DNA of 64,000 nt. It comes from Octopus vulgaris. Lineage: Eukaryota. Positions 28,308 to 44,050 of this stretch are shown here, in pieces; the first letter of the stretch is position 1; each line of letters starts with the position of its first letter. The stretch is from contig OX597835.1 of the NCBI GenBank assembly GCA_951406725.2, positions 49,786,001 through 49,850,000 on the forward strand, written 5' to 3'. The position numbers and the translations under genes are program-made. The notes beneath the pieces were generated by a model. It was not told the DNA's origin, did no database searches, and saw only the letters and a program-made list of their open reading frames with translations.

Positions 28308-28353
28308 GGTGGTGGTGTTGTTGTTGTTGGTGGTGGTGGTGGTGGTGTTGTTG

Positions 28354-28385
<32 letters not shown>

Positions 28386-28973
28386 GGTGGTGGTGGTGGT
28401 GTTGTTGTTGTTGTTGGTGGTGGTGGTACTGGTGCTGGAGATTTTGTTGTTGGTGGTGGAGGAGGTGCTAATGGCGTTGGTAGTGGTGTTGATGTTGGCC
28501 GTGATACATTACTTGAGGGCGGTGTAATGTTGAAGTGTTAATGTCGGTGACACAGTATTAGTAGTAGTAGAGTTGGTGGTGAGGTAGCGTTGATGGCGGT
28601 GTTGTGTAGTGTTAGTGCTGTAGTATTGGCAGTGGTTGTTATTTCTATAGTTTTCACTCCTTGACCAAAATATTCAACCTCCACTAAATTAACCAACATC
28701 ATCATCAACATAAACATCATCAACATAAACATCAGCAACTACTGCTACTACTTTTACAACAATTACTACACAACCACCAGCACAACTACTACCCCTACTA
28801 CCCACTACTACTACTACTACCGTTACTACTACTCACACCACCACCACTACTACTATTACTACTATACTCTCCACCGCTGCTGCCATTTATATTTTTACGG
28901 TCGTGTTGGTACACGACCGTAAGCACAACTACCACAACAACGGCAACAACGACGAGTACCACCACCACAACAA

Positions 28974-30230
<1,257 letters not shown>

Positions 30231-30467
30231 CTGAAATTTTCAATTTTTCACCCTTAATATTTTAAATTTATATTGTGTATGTGTGTGCGCGCGCATCTGC
30301 ATATATATGTGTGTGTGTGTATGTGTGTGTGTGTGTGTGCGTGCGTGTGTATGCATATTTACATCCATGAGTGTATATACGTACACTTACGTATATATGC
30401 ACACGTTTTATGTGTGTATATGTTTATATATATATATAATGTAACTATTAAACAGGACGTCTGCATC

Positions 30468-30588
30468 TGAAATCAGAAATGGCTCCATAATTACCGTCTC
30501 GGTTATAACCTTGGAGCCCTAGTAATCCGTTACATCACTTACCTAGCGTCCCTAATCGTTTAGATCACCTGTGATCTAAACCCCCATA
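30468..30588. repeat. About 120-bp structured dispersed repeat (second copy 46251-46370)
   Basis: GGCTCCA..TGGAGCC and TTTAGATCAC-CT-GTGATCTAAA hairpins. A similar copy lies 16 kb downstream. Confidence 0.8.
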
Positions 30589-30592
30589 CTTG

Positions 30593-30672
<80 letters not shown>

Positions 30673-31748
30673 CACATATATATGTACGTGTATATGTTTG
30701 TGTACATACAATTATACATAAATATATACATATGTCAATATATGTTATTATGTACATAAACATCATATGCACAATAAACAGAAAAAGAATCAGAACCAGC
30801 GTTTCCTTACACCGCGAGTAACAAGCAGGTTGTCGGTTCTATTCCACAAGTCTTATCGATTGTCCTCCTGCAACCACAATGAGATACACCTCTAGGAATT
30901 TTCGGCTATTTTCGGGGAATTATCAGGGCGTGCAACGAGCCAAATATTAACGCTGCCAATAATGTTCATTTATAGGATCCCCATGTTAGGTTATCCCATA
31001 TATTGCAGCATCAGTTTATAGGCATGCCTATAACTCATCTCTTTCGTCCGTTTTCTCAGTTTCTCTTCAGTTTTGAAGATCAGACAAACACTTCTATAAA
31101 CTTTACTCGTACCAGTGAAACATATCTCACGTTCATACATCATCTAAGGTTTACTTTTAACTGATCCTCTGAAGGCATAACGAAGCCTATTCCAGCTTAA
31201 CTGAGCAGGAGTATGTCATCGTCTTCTCTGGATAAAAACCACGGGCAAGGAGACGCACACCTTTGTAACATATCGTTGCCATGTCTCTTTCTTTGATTGG
31301 ACTCGACGCCTGTTTACAACTTCCCTTTGGCTTATATTAAGATCATTTATTAATATCTTACAAGATTTCTGCACTTTCTGTTACTGTCGTTGTTGTTGTT
31401 GTTGTGGCTGCTGCTACTGCTGTTGTTGTTGTTGTTGATGATAATGATGAGGAGGAGGAAGAGGAAGAGGATGACGATGATGGTGATGTTGATGACGCCG
31501 ACGACGAGCTTAGAAAGAAGCTGGTCCTGCAACACATCGGACAATGTAACACAATGGTCACATCACGTGGCATTGGTAGTGAAGCTGGTGTTTGGTCTGT
31601 TGCACACCCCCACCCCGAACACCTGAACACTCCAAGGAGCCGCAAATGGTGCTGGAATTGATGGGACACCAATTTCTGGGGCCTACTCTTACTGTTGCTC
31701 ACTCTTCTGCTACCTGCCCCTCTCTTCCTCCCTCTGTCAGTCTCCTTC

Positions 31749-31790
<42 letters not shown>

Positions 31791-31884
31791 TCTTCTCCTC
31801 CTCCTTCTCTCTTTTTCTGGTTCCTCGTAGCAGAAAGCCTTCTAGTTATTCTTAATTCTTCAAATGTTGTCGTTGTTTCAGATA

Positions 31885-31967
<83 letters not shown>

Positions 31968-32611
31968 TGCTGCTGCTGCTGCTGCTGCCTCTGGTTTCTG
32001 GTTCCGTGTGTCAAATTAGGACTGCTTCTTCTTTCGTCTTTACCTGTTTGTCTCTTTGTAAATTTCCATTTTCTGTTAATCTTTCTTTATTTTTAAAATT
32101 CTGTTCATTATTTCCTTTCATTTCCTTTTTATGCATTCAAAAAACATTCCATCGCCTATTTTCTCAGAAGAGGCGTCTCCAGTACATTTGGCTTTCTTCA
32201 TAACACCTCTTACTCTCCCTCCTTGTGGAAGACGCCTTATTGAATAGATTGTAAAGAATATTTTTCGAGGAAAATAATATATCTTAAAAATAAAAAAAAA
32301 CAGCAATAAAACTAAAAAATATTTTGTTTATCCAAGCTTTTGGAAGTGAAGTCCAAACGTTTCGAAGTCATCTGTTCGCAAAATAATCCAAGAGGGGAAC
32401 ATTTTTTCCTTCCTCCGGTAAAATTTCGTAATAATCCAATTTTCTCACAGCTGTCTCGAGAGACATCCTTATGCTCCGATGTTAGAAGAAGAAGAAGAAG
32501 AAGAAGAAGAAGAAGAAGAAGAAGAAGAAGAAGAAGAAGAAGAAGAAGAAGAAGAAGAAGAAGAAGAAGAAGAAGAAGAAGAAGAAGAAGAAGAAGAAGA
32601 AGAAGAAGAAG

Positions 32612-32650
<39 letters not shown>

Positions 32651-32869
32651 TTCCTTTTTGGCTACAAAGAATTATATATAGAATAAAACGTTGAAATATG
32701 GAGTGCGGCATATTGGAATAACGTGTAAAGATGGACGAAAGAAGGTTGTAGAGAAGCAAAGAGAGGAGTGAGGACATTATACAATGAACAAATTAAAAAT
32801 TTCGATAAAACTACAGATTCTCAAAAACGAAATAATTTAAGCAAGTTATAACATTTAAGAATTCATGAA

Positions 32870-33256
32870 AGGCGCAGGCGTGGCTGTGTGGTAAGAAGCT
32901 TTCTTGCTAAGCACATGGTTCGGGTTCAGTGCCACTGAATGGCACCTTGGACAAGTGTCTTCTATCACAGCCTGGGGCCAACCAATGCTTTGTGAGTGGA
33001 TTTGGTAGACGGAAACTGAAAGAAGCCCATCTCGTGTGTGTGTGTGTGCACGTGTGTGTGTGTGTGTGTGTGTGTGCACGTGTGTGTGTGTGTGTGTATG
33101 TTTGTATGTGCGTGTGTGCCTTTGTATTTGTGCTTGTCCCCCACCACCGCTTGATAACCGGTGTTGGTGTATTTACGTCCTCGTAACTTAGCGTTTCAGC
33201 AAAATATATCGATAGAATAAATACCGGAGCTTTAAAAAGTAAGTAGTGAGGTCGCT
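32870..33256 (+). mobile_element. SINE family B with internal (TG)n, tail lost
   Basis: AGGCGCAGGCGTGGCTGTGTGGTAAGAAGC..GGGTTCAGTGCC head and shared body. Confidence 0.85.
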
Positions 33257-33548
33257 TCATCCGCAGTCTAATAATGGAAGCAAGAAAAAGAGAAAAAATC
33301 ACTCAGTTAATCATCTGACACATCAGTCAGAAGACGTGGGTAGGACTAAAGATTGGTGACTGACCGGGTCAAGCTTCCCGCTTTCAGTCCGTGGATGTTT
33401 ACGGCGCCAAGACAAGACTTCTCAATCTTGGTTTCTTCACCCGTTCTGCAGGCTTCTAAGCTTCATCTAGAGGTTAATTTTTATTCTTAAGGGTCTTCTT
33501 TTCTTTTTCTTTTTTCTTTTTCTTTAATCTTTTAATCAATCCATTGTG

Positions 33549-33840
33549 AGGATGCATAGCCTCGTGGCTCGGGTGCTGCATTCACGATCACGCGATCGCG
33601 GGTTCAATTTCCAGACCGTATGGTTCTTGAGCAAAACATTCCATATCCCGTTACTCCGCAATTACTTCGACTACTGACACGTGACACACTGTTCACCTGT
33701 TCAGGTAACATCGATTTAATGGGCGGGGGGAGATAATGTACGGCACAACATACATCTGGTCACTGCAAACAAATCATTTGTGCAGGTCATTCGTCAAAAG
33801 CTAAAGCGTTCCTATTTCCTCGTCGACGGGAAAGTCCATC
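33549..33840 (+). mobile_element. Diverged family C-like tRNA SINE
   Basis: TAGCCTCGTGG A box, GGTTCAATTTCC B box, TTCTTGAGCAAAACA body. Confidence 0.6.
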
Positions 33841-34149
33841 ACACTGCAGCCAGCAATTCTCCCTTCTTCTTCGCTCTCTACGTCCTCATGGTCGCAATTC
33901 TTTCAGCGTTGTACACATTTTATCGATCTGGGAACATCAAACGGTTCATTTGCGTTTCTTTCTTCTTCTTCTTCTTCTTTTTCTTCTTCTTCTTCTTCTT
34001 CTTCTTCTTCTTCTTCTTCTTCTTCTTCTTCTTCTTCTTCTTCTTCTTCTTTTTCCGTAAAGGGATGCGAATCAACACACCGGTTTGCACCGGTAAACAT
34101 TGAATTTGTTTTTGTCACTAATGTCTTCTTCTGTCCTCTTCAACAAAAG

Positions 34150-34641
34150 GTCTGCTGCCGCCACCGTTCTCGCCGCCACCACACCCACCACTTCCACCAC
34201 TGCCGCCGCCACCACCACCATCACGCCCACCATCAGTGATTTCCAGTAGTTCCTGTCAGTTGTCATCCATGGGCTTCGGTTCGATCGCCAGCGACGCCTT
34301 ATCCCAATCGTCGCCCTACCTCGGACACACAAACAGCCTCGCCGTCAACAGCCTCATCAACAATAGTCATCTCCATCACAACAACAGCAGCAACAGCAAC
34401 AACTACAACAACAACAGTAGTAGCAGTCCTCACAGTAGCAGTCACAGCAGCAGCAACAACAACAACAACAACAGTACTGATATGAACAATGTATATAGTG
34501 CAGCGAGTGGCGGGTCTTTCACGTTTTCGCCCGTCAACATGGTCAGTGTTGTGAAAGAGAAGAGTGCATTCGCACCTGTGTCACGAATGAGCAACAGTCC
34601 ACTCGGAATGTGTACGGCACCTGTGCGCAGCAGTCTGCAAG
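34150..34641 (+). CDS. COE: Internal coding exon of a COE/EBF (collier/knot) transcription factor, C-terminal region
   Basis: Pyrimidine tract plus AG (34148-34149) and donor G|GTAAGT (34642). 492 bp, phase 1-1, open frame. Encodes SFTFSPVNMVSVVKEKSAFAPV..SSLQ, matching the EBF family motif FSFSPANMVSAVKQKSAFAPV..SLQ. Confidence 0.88.
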
Positions 34642-34724
34642 GTAAGTGAACACGTGGACACATAAACAGTAACAAAACACTCACACATGTCCTCTCTCTC
34701 TCTCTCTCTCCTTCTTTCTCTCTC

Positions 34725-34826
<102 letters not shown>

Positions 34827-34942
34827 TTAACACAGGCACGTGTGGGCCAAACATAGGTGCTAACCTGGGAATTCTACTCTCGAATACCAAAGTTCGAGTA
34901 AAATATTGTGATTTATTGAAACTGGAAAACTTCAGATACTGT

Positions 34943-36934
<1,992 letters not shown>

Positions 36935-36996
36935 TTCAGATACTGTTATTCCGAATTTTACACAACTAGTCTTCAAATCTTATATTTAAAACCCTA

Positions 36997-37796
36997 CGAG
37001 GTGGTATCAAAAGGTTTCCGGACTAGTAATGTTTAATAGAATTAACTTATTTATCTCCTTCGAAATAGTCACCTTGCGCAGCACTACACCCGTCCCAGCG
37101 TTCCTGTTACGTTCTCGACAATGGTGTTAAAACGGCGACCTTTGAGCTGCGTCTTCATTCAGCGGAAGAGACAGAAGTCTGCAGATGCTAAACCTGGCGC
37201 AAAGGGCAGCTGCAGAAATGATAGCATCTTTTAGGCGGAGGAGAGCCCAGTGACATAGGTGCACTGTTGTCGGGAAGAATCTAATTCTTCGCGCTCAGCA
37301 GATCCGGACGCTTTCGCCGAATGTCTTCCCTCAAACGCTTCCAAACGTCTGAGTAGAGCTCTCGATTGATGCTCTGGCCCCGGGGGGACGAATTCTCCAG
37401 GCAGAATACCACATTTCCGGGGGTGACGCTCGAGACAGGTCTCTCAGATCGCTCGTCGTCTCTCAGGGACGTTCTTCCACTTTTGAAGCATTGCGTCCCA
37501 CCCATTGCCTCGTCGCCAAAGCATGTCCAATATCTCTGTAGCAGACTTCCCAAATTTACTGCAAAATTTCACGTTGGCTTTTTCTTCCAACTTCCTGTCC
37601 ATGACAAAAATCGCAGGCTACATCAGACACGTGATCGCAAAAACACAAATTTCACAACTTGCGAAGTAAACACAGTGATATCGCTCGGTACACAGACTCA
37701 TGAAAGTACTACTAGATCTCCCTGTTCAAGCAACCGTGTGCTGCCATCCATTGGCGCGCTACGGAACTAGTCCTGAAACTTTTTGATACCACTTCG
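36997..37796 (-). mobile_element. Internally deleted mariner element
   Basis: 31-bp TIRs (CGAGGTGGTATCAAAAGGTTTCCGGACTAGT, 3 mismatches) and TA TSD. Remnants FKSGRTSLRDDERSERP, RLREDIRRKRPDL, QERWDGCSAAQGDYFEGDK*. Confidence 0.92.
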
Positions 37797-37818
37797 TATC
37801 TTAAAATATATATTTATA

Positions 37819-38136
37819 GCCGCGTGGTTAGTAGTTCACTATGCAACCACGCGATTTCGGGTTCAATTCGCTGTGCGGCACCTTGGACAAATATCTTCTA
37901 CTATGGCCCTGGGCCGACAAAAACATTGAGAGTGAATTTGATTGACGGGAACTGTGTGGAAGCTCGTTGCAATCTTTTTCGAGAAACGGACCTCATGAGA
38001 CATGGCCCACCGTCTGTCCGAGCAGCACAACTAAAAAAAAAAATCCAAGTATGTTTTCTTCGCTATGCCATTGAGAAAGCGGCGCAGGTGGCAGTGTGCC
38101 AATGACCCTTCAACCTGACTGAAACAGGTAAAAGAT
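37819..38136 (+). mobile_element. Diverged family B-like SINE
   Basis: GGGTTCAATTCGCTGTGCGGCACCTTGGACAA head and TGACTGAAACAGGTAAAAGA tail. Confidence 0.65.
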
Positions 38137-38329
38137 TAAATATATAAATTAATTTCAGCTTCTTCAACGACCTCAACTGCGCCATTTGCTTACCTTAGCC
38201 ATGTCTGCCCACCTAGAGTCTGCCCACCTAGATTAATGCGTCATTAACCTTTTTTATGATTTCATATTTTATTTTCCATAACCCTTTCGCCTACTCTCTC
38301 ACCCTCTTTCACTCTTTTACTCTTTATCC

Positions 38330-38855
38330 TTGTCTCTCACTCTGTCTCTCTCTCTTTTTCACTGTCCCTCTCTCTTTCTCTGTCATTGTTTGTTTTTCTC
38401 TCTTTCTCTCTCCCCTTCTCTCTCTCCTTCTCTCTCTCCCCTTCTCTCTCTCCCCTTCTCTCTCTCCCCTTCTCTCTCTCCTTCTCTCTCTCCCCTTCTC
38501 TCTCTCCCCTTCTCTCTCTCTGTTTGTCTCCCTCTCTGTCTCTCTCCCTCTCTTTTTCTCTCTCTCTCTGTTTCTCTGTCTCTCTGTTCCTCCTCTCTCT
38601 CTCTTTCTCCCTCTCTCTCTCCCTCTCTGTCTTTCTCCCCCTCTCTCTCTCTGTCTCTCTCTCCCTCTCTTTTTATCTCTCTGTTTGTCTCCCTCTCTGT
38701 TTCTCCCCTCTCTCTCTCTTTCTCCCTCTCTCTCTCTCTTTCTCCCTCTCTCTCTCTCTCTTTCTCCCTCTCTCTCTCCCTCTCTGTCTTTCTCCCCCCT
38801 CTCTCTCTGTTTCTCTCTCCCTCTCTTTTTATCTCTCTGTTTGTCTCCCTCTCTG

Positions 38856-38891
<36 letters not shown>

Positions 38892-38892
38892 C
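38330..38892. repeat. CT-rich polypyrimidine tract with internal duplications
   Basis: About 550 bp almost free of purines, just upstream of the acceptor at 38972. Confidence 0.9.
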
Positions 38893-38972
38893 GTTTGTAT
38901 CATCCTTTTGTGTATCAATTCCAATCAATTAAATATTTTTAAACGAATTCTTTTTCCTTCCATTCTCTTCAG

Positions 38973-39043
38973 GTTTCGGTAGTATGATGTCTCCGCCGTT
39001 CCCCACATTCAGCCCTTATGCTTTGCCATCGTGCAACGGTTAA
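38973..39043 (+). CDS. COE: Probable next or last coding exon of COE (GFGSMMSPPFPTFSPYALPSCNG*)
   Basis: Strong acceptor TTTTTCCTTCCATTCTCTTCAG. Phase 1 continues the previous exon in frame. PYALPSCN resembles the PFALPTCN motif recalled from protostome collier proteins. Ends at TAA, or at a G|GTTAAG donor. Confidence 0.7.
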
Positions 39044-39195
39044 GAATACCAACAGCGTCTCAAGAAAAGCATGCGACCAAATAATAAAAGGAAAAAAACG
39101 TTCAACCAAAGCCACCATAGACGAGGCGATAAGATGTCGTTACGCCTACTACTATGACAACTACTATTACTACTACTATCAATAATAATAATAAT

Positions 39196-39228
<33 letters not shown>

Positions 39229-39433
39229 AATAATAATAATGACGATGGCGGTGATGATGAAGACGACGACGATGACGACGACGACGATGATGATGATGAT
39301 GATGATGATCTCTTTACTGGCCACGCGGGCCCAAGACATTCAGGATTAATAATAACAATAATAATAATTTCTTTATTGACTTCGAGGACTGAAGAAATCC
39401 AAAGAGAAAAAAAAAAAAAACAGAGGGTATTTA

Positions 39434-39500
<67 letters not shown>

Positions 39501-39754
39501 CTTTCTTTTGTAACCACTGCGGACTTACAAAAAGCATCGAGGGCGGTACAGGACGGTAACAACGTATGAAACTGCATACAAAAAAATGTTTAAAGTAAAA
39601 TAACAGAAACAAAGAAACAAAAAAACAAACAATGAATAATAATTATCAAATGGTTTTCTTTATTAACCACTGAGAGTTCGCGAAAAAAATAAAAACATTG
39701 GGAACGGTAGGTTCTCAGGACGGCCGGTTTCCTTCGTGGCTGGATCGCTACATA

Positions 39755-40618
<864 letters not shown>

Positions 40619-40619
40619 T

Positions 40620-40738
40620 TATTTGGACACTTTAGAAATATCCTTCAATCTTGGTATATTGCAAAAATCGGCTTTACTTGGAACGGCACACTGCGAGAAG
40701 TTGTACAATATCTTCAATCCACAACAACACAATATTGG
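40620..40738 (+). mobile_element. Short 3' remnant of an R4-type element between TAA arrays
   Basis: YLDTLEISFNLGILQKSALLGTAH matches the R4 C-terminal motif. Confidence 0.65.
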
Positions 40739-40753
40739 ATGATGATGATGATG

Positions 40754-40829
<76 letters not shown>

Positions 40830-41253
40830 CAATAATAATAATAATAATAATATAGGCGGTGTTTTTTTTTTTCTTTTGCAACCAGGGTAACGGATGCGGG
40901 AATAAAATACGAAGACGGACATAAAGTGTTGGCTTTTACATAAAATTGGATGATAAGAGAGCTAATAGAAATCGTAGCGATGTAGTTGGAACTGGAGAGT
41001 GAGTCGAGGGAGAAAAGGAGGACTTTTATATTTGCCGTAGGGGCATTGTGAAACAATAGGGATCAGAGACCCAAATAAGTGGTTTCATATCAAGAATAGG
41101 GGCGAAAGTAAAAAGAGATAAAGAAATGCAAATATATGTGTGTGTGTATAAATATATATATAGTTAATCCAAACATGAAAACACAAAGAGAAAACACAAC
41201 AATGCGGGGACGTGGAACAGGTATAGTGTTATTGGACACCCAGGAAAGGAAAG

Positions 41254-41305
<52 letters not shown>

Positions 41306-41308
41306 ATA

Positions 41309-41378
<70 letters not shown>

Positions 41379-41625
41379 TATACATACATACGTGCTCCCG
41401 GAATGTGACCATGCGAGACTGTTTTTCTGTATTCCAGGGATTCCGTAGACCCCCCTCCAAGTCCGTCGATCCTGCAATCAAAGGATTTCTTTTCCTTTTC
41501 TTTGGTCTTTCATTTTCCTTCTTCTTGTTGTTGTTGTTGACGTAGCATCATTTTAAGTCGAGAGATCGAGGGACCTTTGGCGTTCCTTGCAACTGCAACA
41601 CAGACATTTAAACATATATACATAT

Positions 41626-41669
<44 letters not shown>

Positions 41670-41735
41670 ATACACAGACAGATACGCACACATTCTCGAA
41701 AGAGAACGCTCACATGGGTGATGATGATGATGATG

Positions 41736-41803
<68 letters not shown>

Positions 41804-41831
41804 TATGATAATAATAATAGTAATAATAATG

Positions 41832-41886
<55 letters not shown>

Positions 41887-41888
<2 letters not shown>

Positions 41889-42442
41889 GCCCTGATGCAG
41901 TACCAGGCAGTGGCTCTCATGGCTTCTGATCTTAACTGATTGGAAGAGTTATCATGTACATTGTTTTGTCTTGGTATAAAAGATGGGCTACAGCAAATAT
42001 TCTGCTCAATACCACAGATTTACTTGTCAGTTGTTTGACCGTAACCAGTTGAGCATGTCCCTTAGTGGCTGACGATATGTGCATCTCTGATCACGAGCAG
42101 AAGTAGTAGGGGAGCATCATAGCCATGTGTTGAGAGGGATTCTTTGGGATTTGGATAACTCACCACTGGAAACATGGGTGTGTCATTCAACATCCTTAAA
42201 CAACCCTTATTCAAGGGCCTTTTGAGCGGGATGGGTTACTCGGCCAGAAGAAAATTCTAACTGGGCCCCACCTGCAAGGTCATGTGCTGTTTATCTTGAT
42301 ATGAGATCACCATGTCGCGCACATATGGTCGTGATGCATGTGCCTGGTGTACCCTTATCAGACGGGTAGTCATGATGGGTATATTGGGCTTCGTATATTT
42401 TACCCCAGTGTCACTTTGATGGCATGCACTGCTCTCTCACTC
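41887..42442 (+). mobile_element. About 555-bp non-coding element precisely flanked by (TAA)n
   Basis: No ORF and no obvious tRNA head. Ends CTCTCACTC-AATAATAA. Partial 3' copies at 5101-5276 (+) and 50311-50387 (-) also abut TAA arrays. Confidence 0.8.
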
Positions 42443-42475
<33 letters not shown>

Positions 42476-42476
<1 letters not shown>

Positions 42477-42697
42477 GTTCCAAATTTTGACAAAAGGTCA
42501 ACAATTTTAATGGGAAACGGGCAGCAGTTGCTTCGACCACTCTGCTCTCTCAAATGGTGCTTTGTTTTTATCGACCCCAAAAGGATGAAATGCAAATTTG
42601 ACCTCGACGGGATTTGAGCTCACAAAGTAAAGAGCCGGAAGAAATGCGTCTCAGCATTTTGTCCTACGCGCTGACGATTTTCTCAGTTTGCCACCTT
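42476..42697 (-). mobile_element. SINE family A, diverged
   Basis: Reverse complement contains TTTCATCCTTTTGGGGTCGATAAA and the family head. Confidence 0.75.
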
Positions 42698-42775
42698 CAT
42701 AACAACAACAACAACAACAACACTAACAATAACAACAACAACAACAAAAACAACAACAACAACAACAACAACAAC

Positions 42776-42830
<55 letters not shown>

Positions 42831-43143
42831 GGTCCCTGGCTTACCATCCATGCAGGAAGTGTAAAAGATAGTCTTAACTGGTAACTGGTCACACGTAGTG
42901 AGAAGAGATTTCTTGCTGTGAATTTTCTTTCCTTTTCCCTCTTTATTTATTCGTTTACTTTTCTATTTTTATTTTTTTATTTTTTCTCTATCACATGACT
43001 CTGTAAATGAACAATCTGGTGTGTTTGTTTCAATGGCCTACCAATGTATACAGTACATTTCTCTGTCCTAGGTGTCGGGAAGACACTCGGCAAGAAATGG
43101 AAACAGGATTGAAGGAAGATGCTAATACTACTACTACTACTAC

Positions 43144-43184
<41 letters not shown>

Positions 43185-43449
43185 TCAGCAACAACAACAA
43201 CGACGACGACGACGATGTTGATGATGATGATGATGATGATGATGACGATGATCATAATGATCATGATGACTTTTTCAGTTGCCACAAATGAAGGAAATAT
43301 TAAAAGTAGATATGTGGAGAGAATAGAAGAGGAGAGCATGAGGAGGAAAGAGGAGGAGGAGGAGGAAGGGAAGAGGAGGAAGAGCTTTAAACCAGCGTTG
43401 TTTGAAAAGTTTCAATATGGTTATGTGTAATAAAGTTAGAGCCAACCGA

Positions 43450-43780
43450 TAGAATGTATTATTTATTATTTTACCTGATATTTATAAAATTTTAACGACT
43501 TTAAAACTTTGCATGAGAAAAACATTCCCGTTATAAGTTAAAAAATAATTTGTTACCCAATAAAACATGAGCAAAATCTGAAGTCTTTCTTGTTTCCAGG
43601 GTCAAAACTCGCTATAATGTCCCAGTGTGGTTCGAAGGTTTTAGATTAAATACGTTCTTAGCTAATATAACTGAATTACATAAGTTTTTGTACCTAAAGC
43701 TGTGAGTATGTATGTTGTAACGGTATTTAAAGGAATTAGAAGTGGATCCTACATAATACCGGGTGTATGCTGATACAATG
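43450..43780 (-). mobile_element. Decayed GIY-YIG endonuclease fragment of a second Penelope-like lineage (Neptune-like)
   Basis: YYVGSTSNSFKYRYNIHTHSFR..NSVILAKNVFNLK resembles the YIGxTxxxFKxRYxxHxxSF motif. Confidence 0.6.
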
Positions 43781-43984
43781 ACGCTAGATCTGTTGATAAC
43801 GTTGCACCGCGCACACATGAAATGTTGTTGACGTTCTAACATAATATGTCTGAGTGTGTCTATGTGTGCGTATGCATTTTGTTAAGTCATTGTTCAGGCT
43901 TTTGGTTTCTTTTTCATTGTCTATGTATTGTGTAAATATGTGTCTGTATGTGTATGTATATGTATACATAATTATATATATATA

Positions 43985-44045
<61 letters not shown>

Positions 44046-44050
<5 letters not shown>

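Noticed and set aside
31060-31320. Very degraded RT-like words (EDDDILL) on -
   Set aside because: Too short and fragmentary to assign.
31404-31661. Acidic ORF (..DDELRKKLVLQHIGQCN..RKWCWN)
   Set aside because: No convincing acceptor or donor, no COE similarity, and it begins in a trinucleotide repeat.
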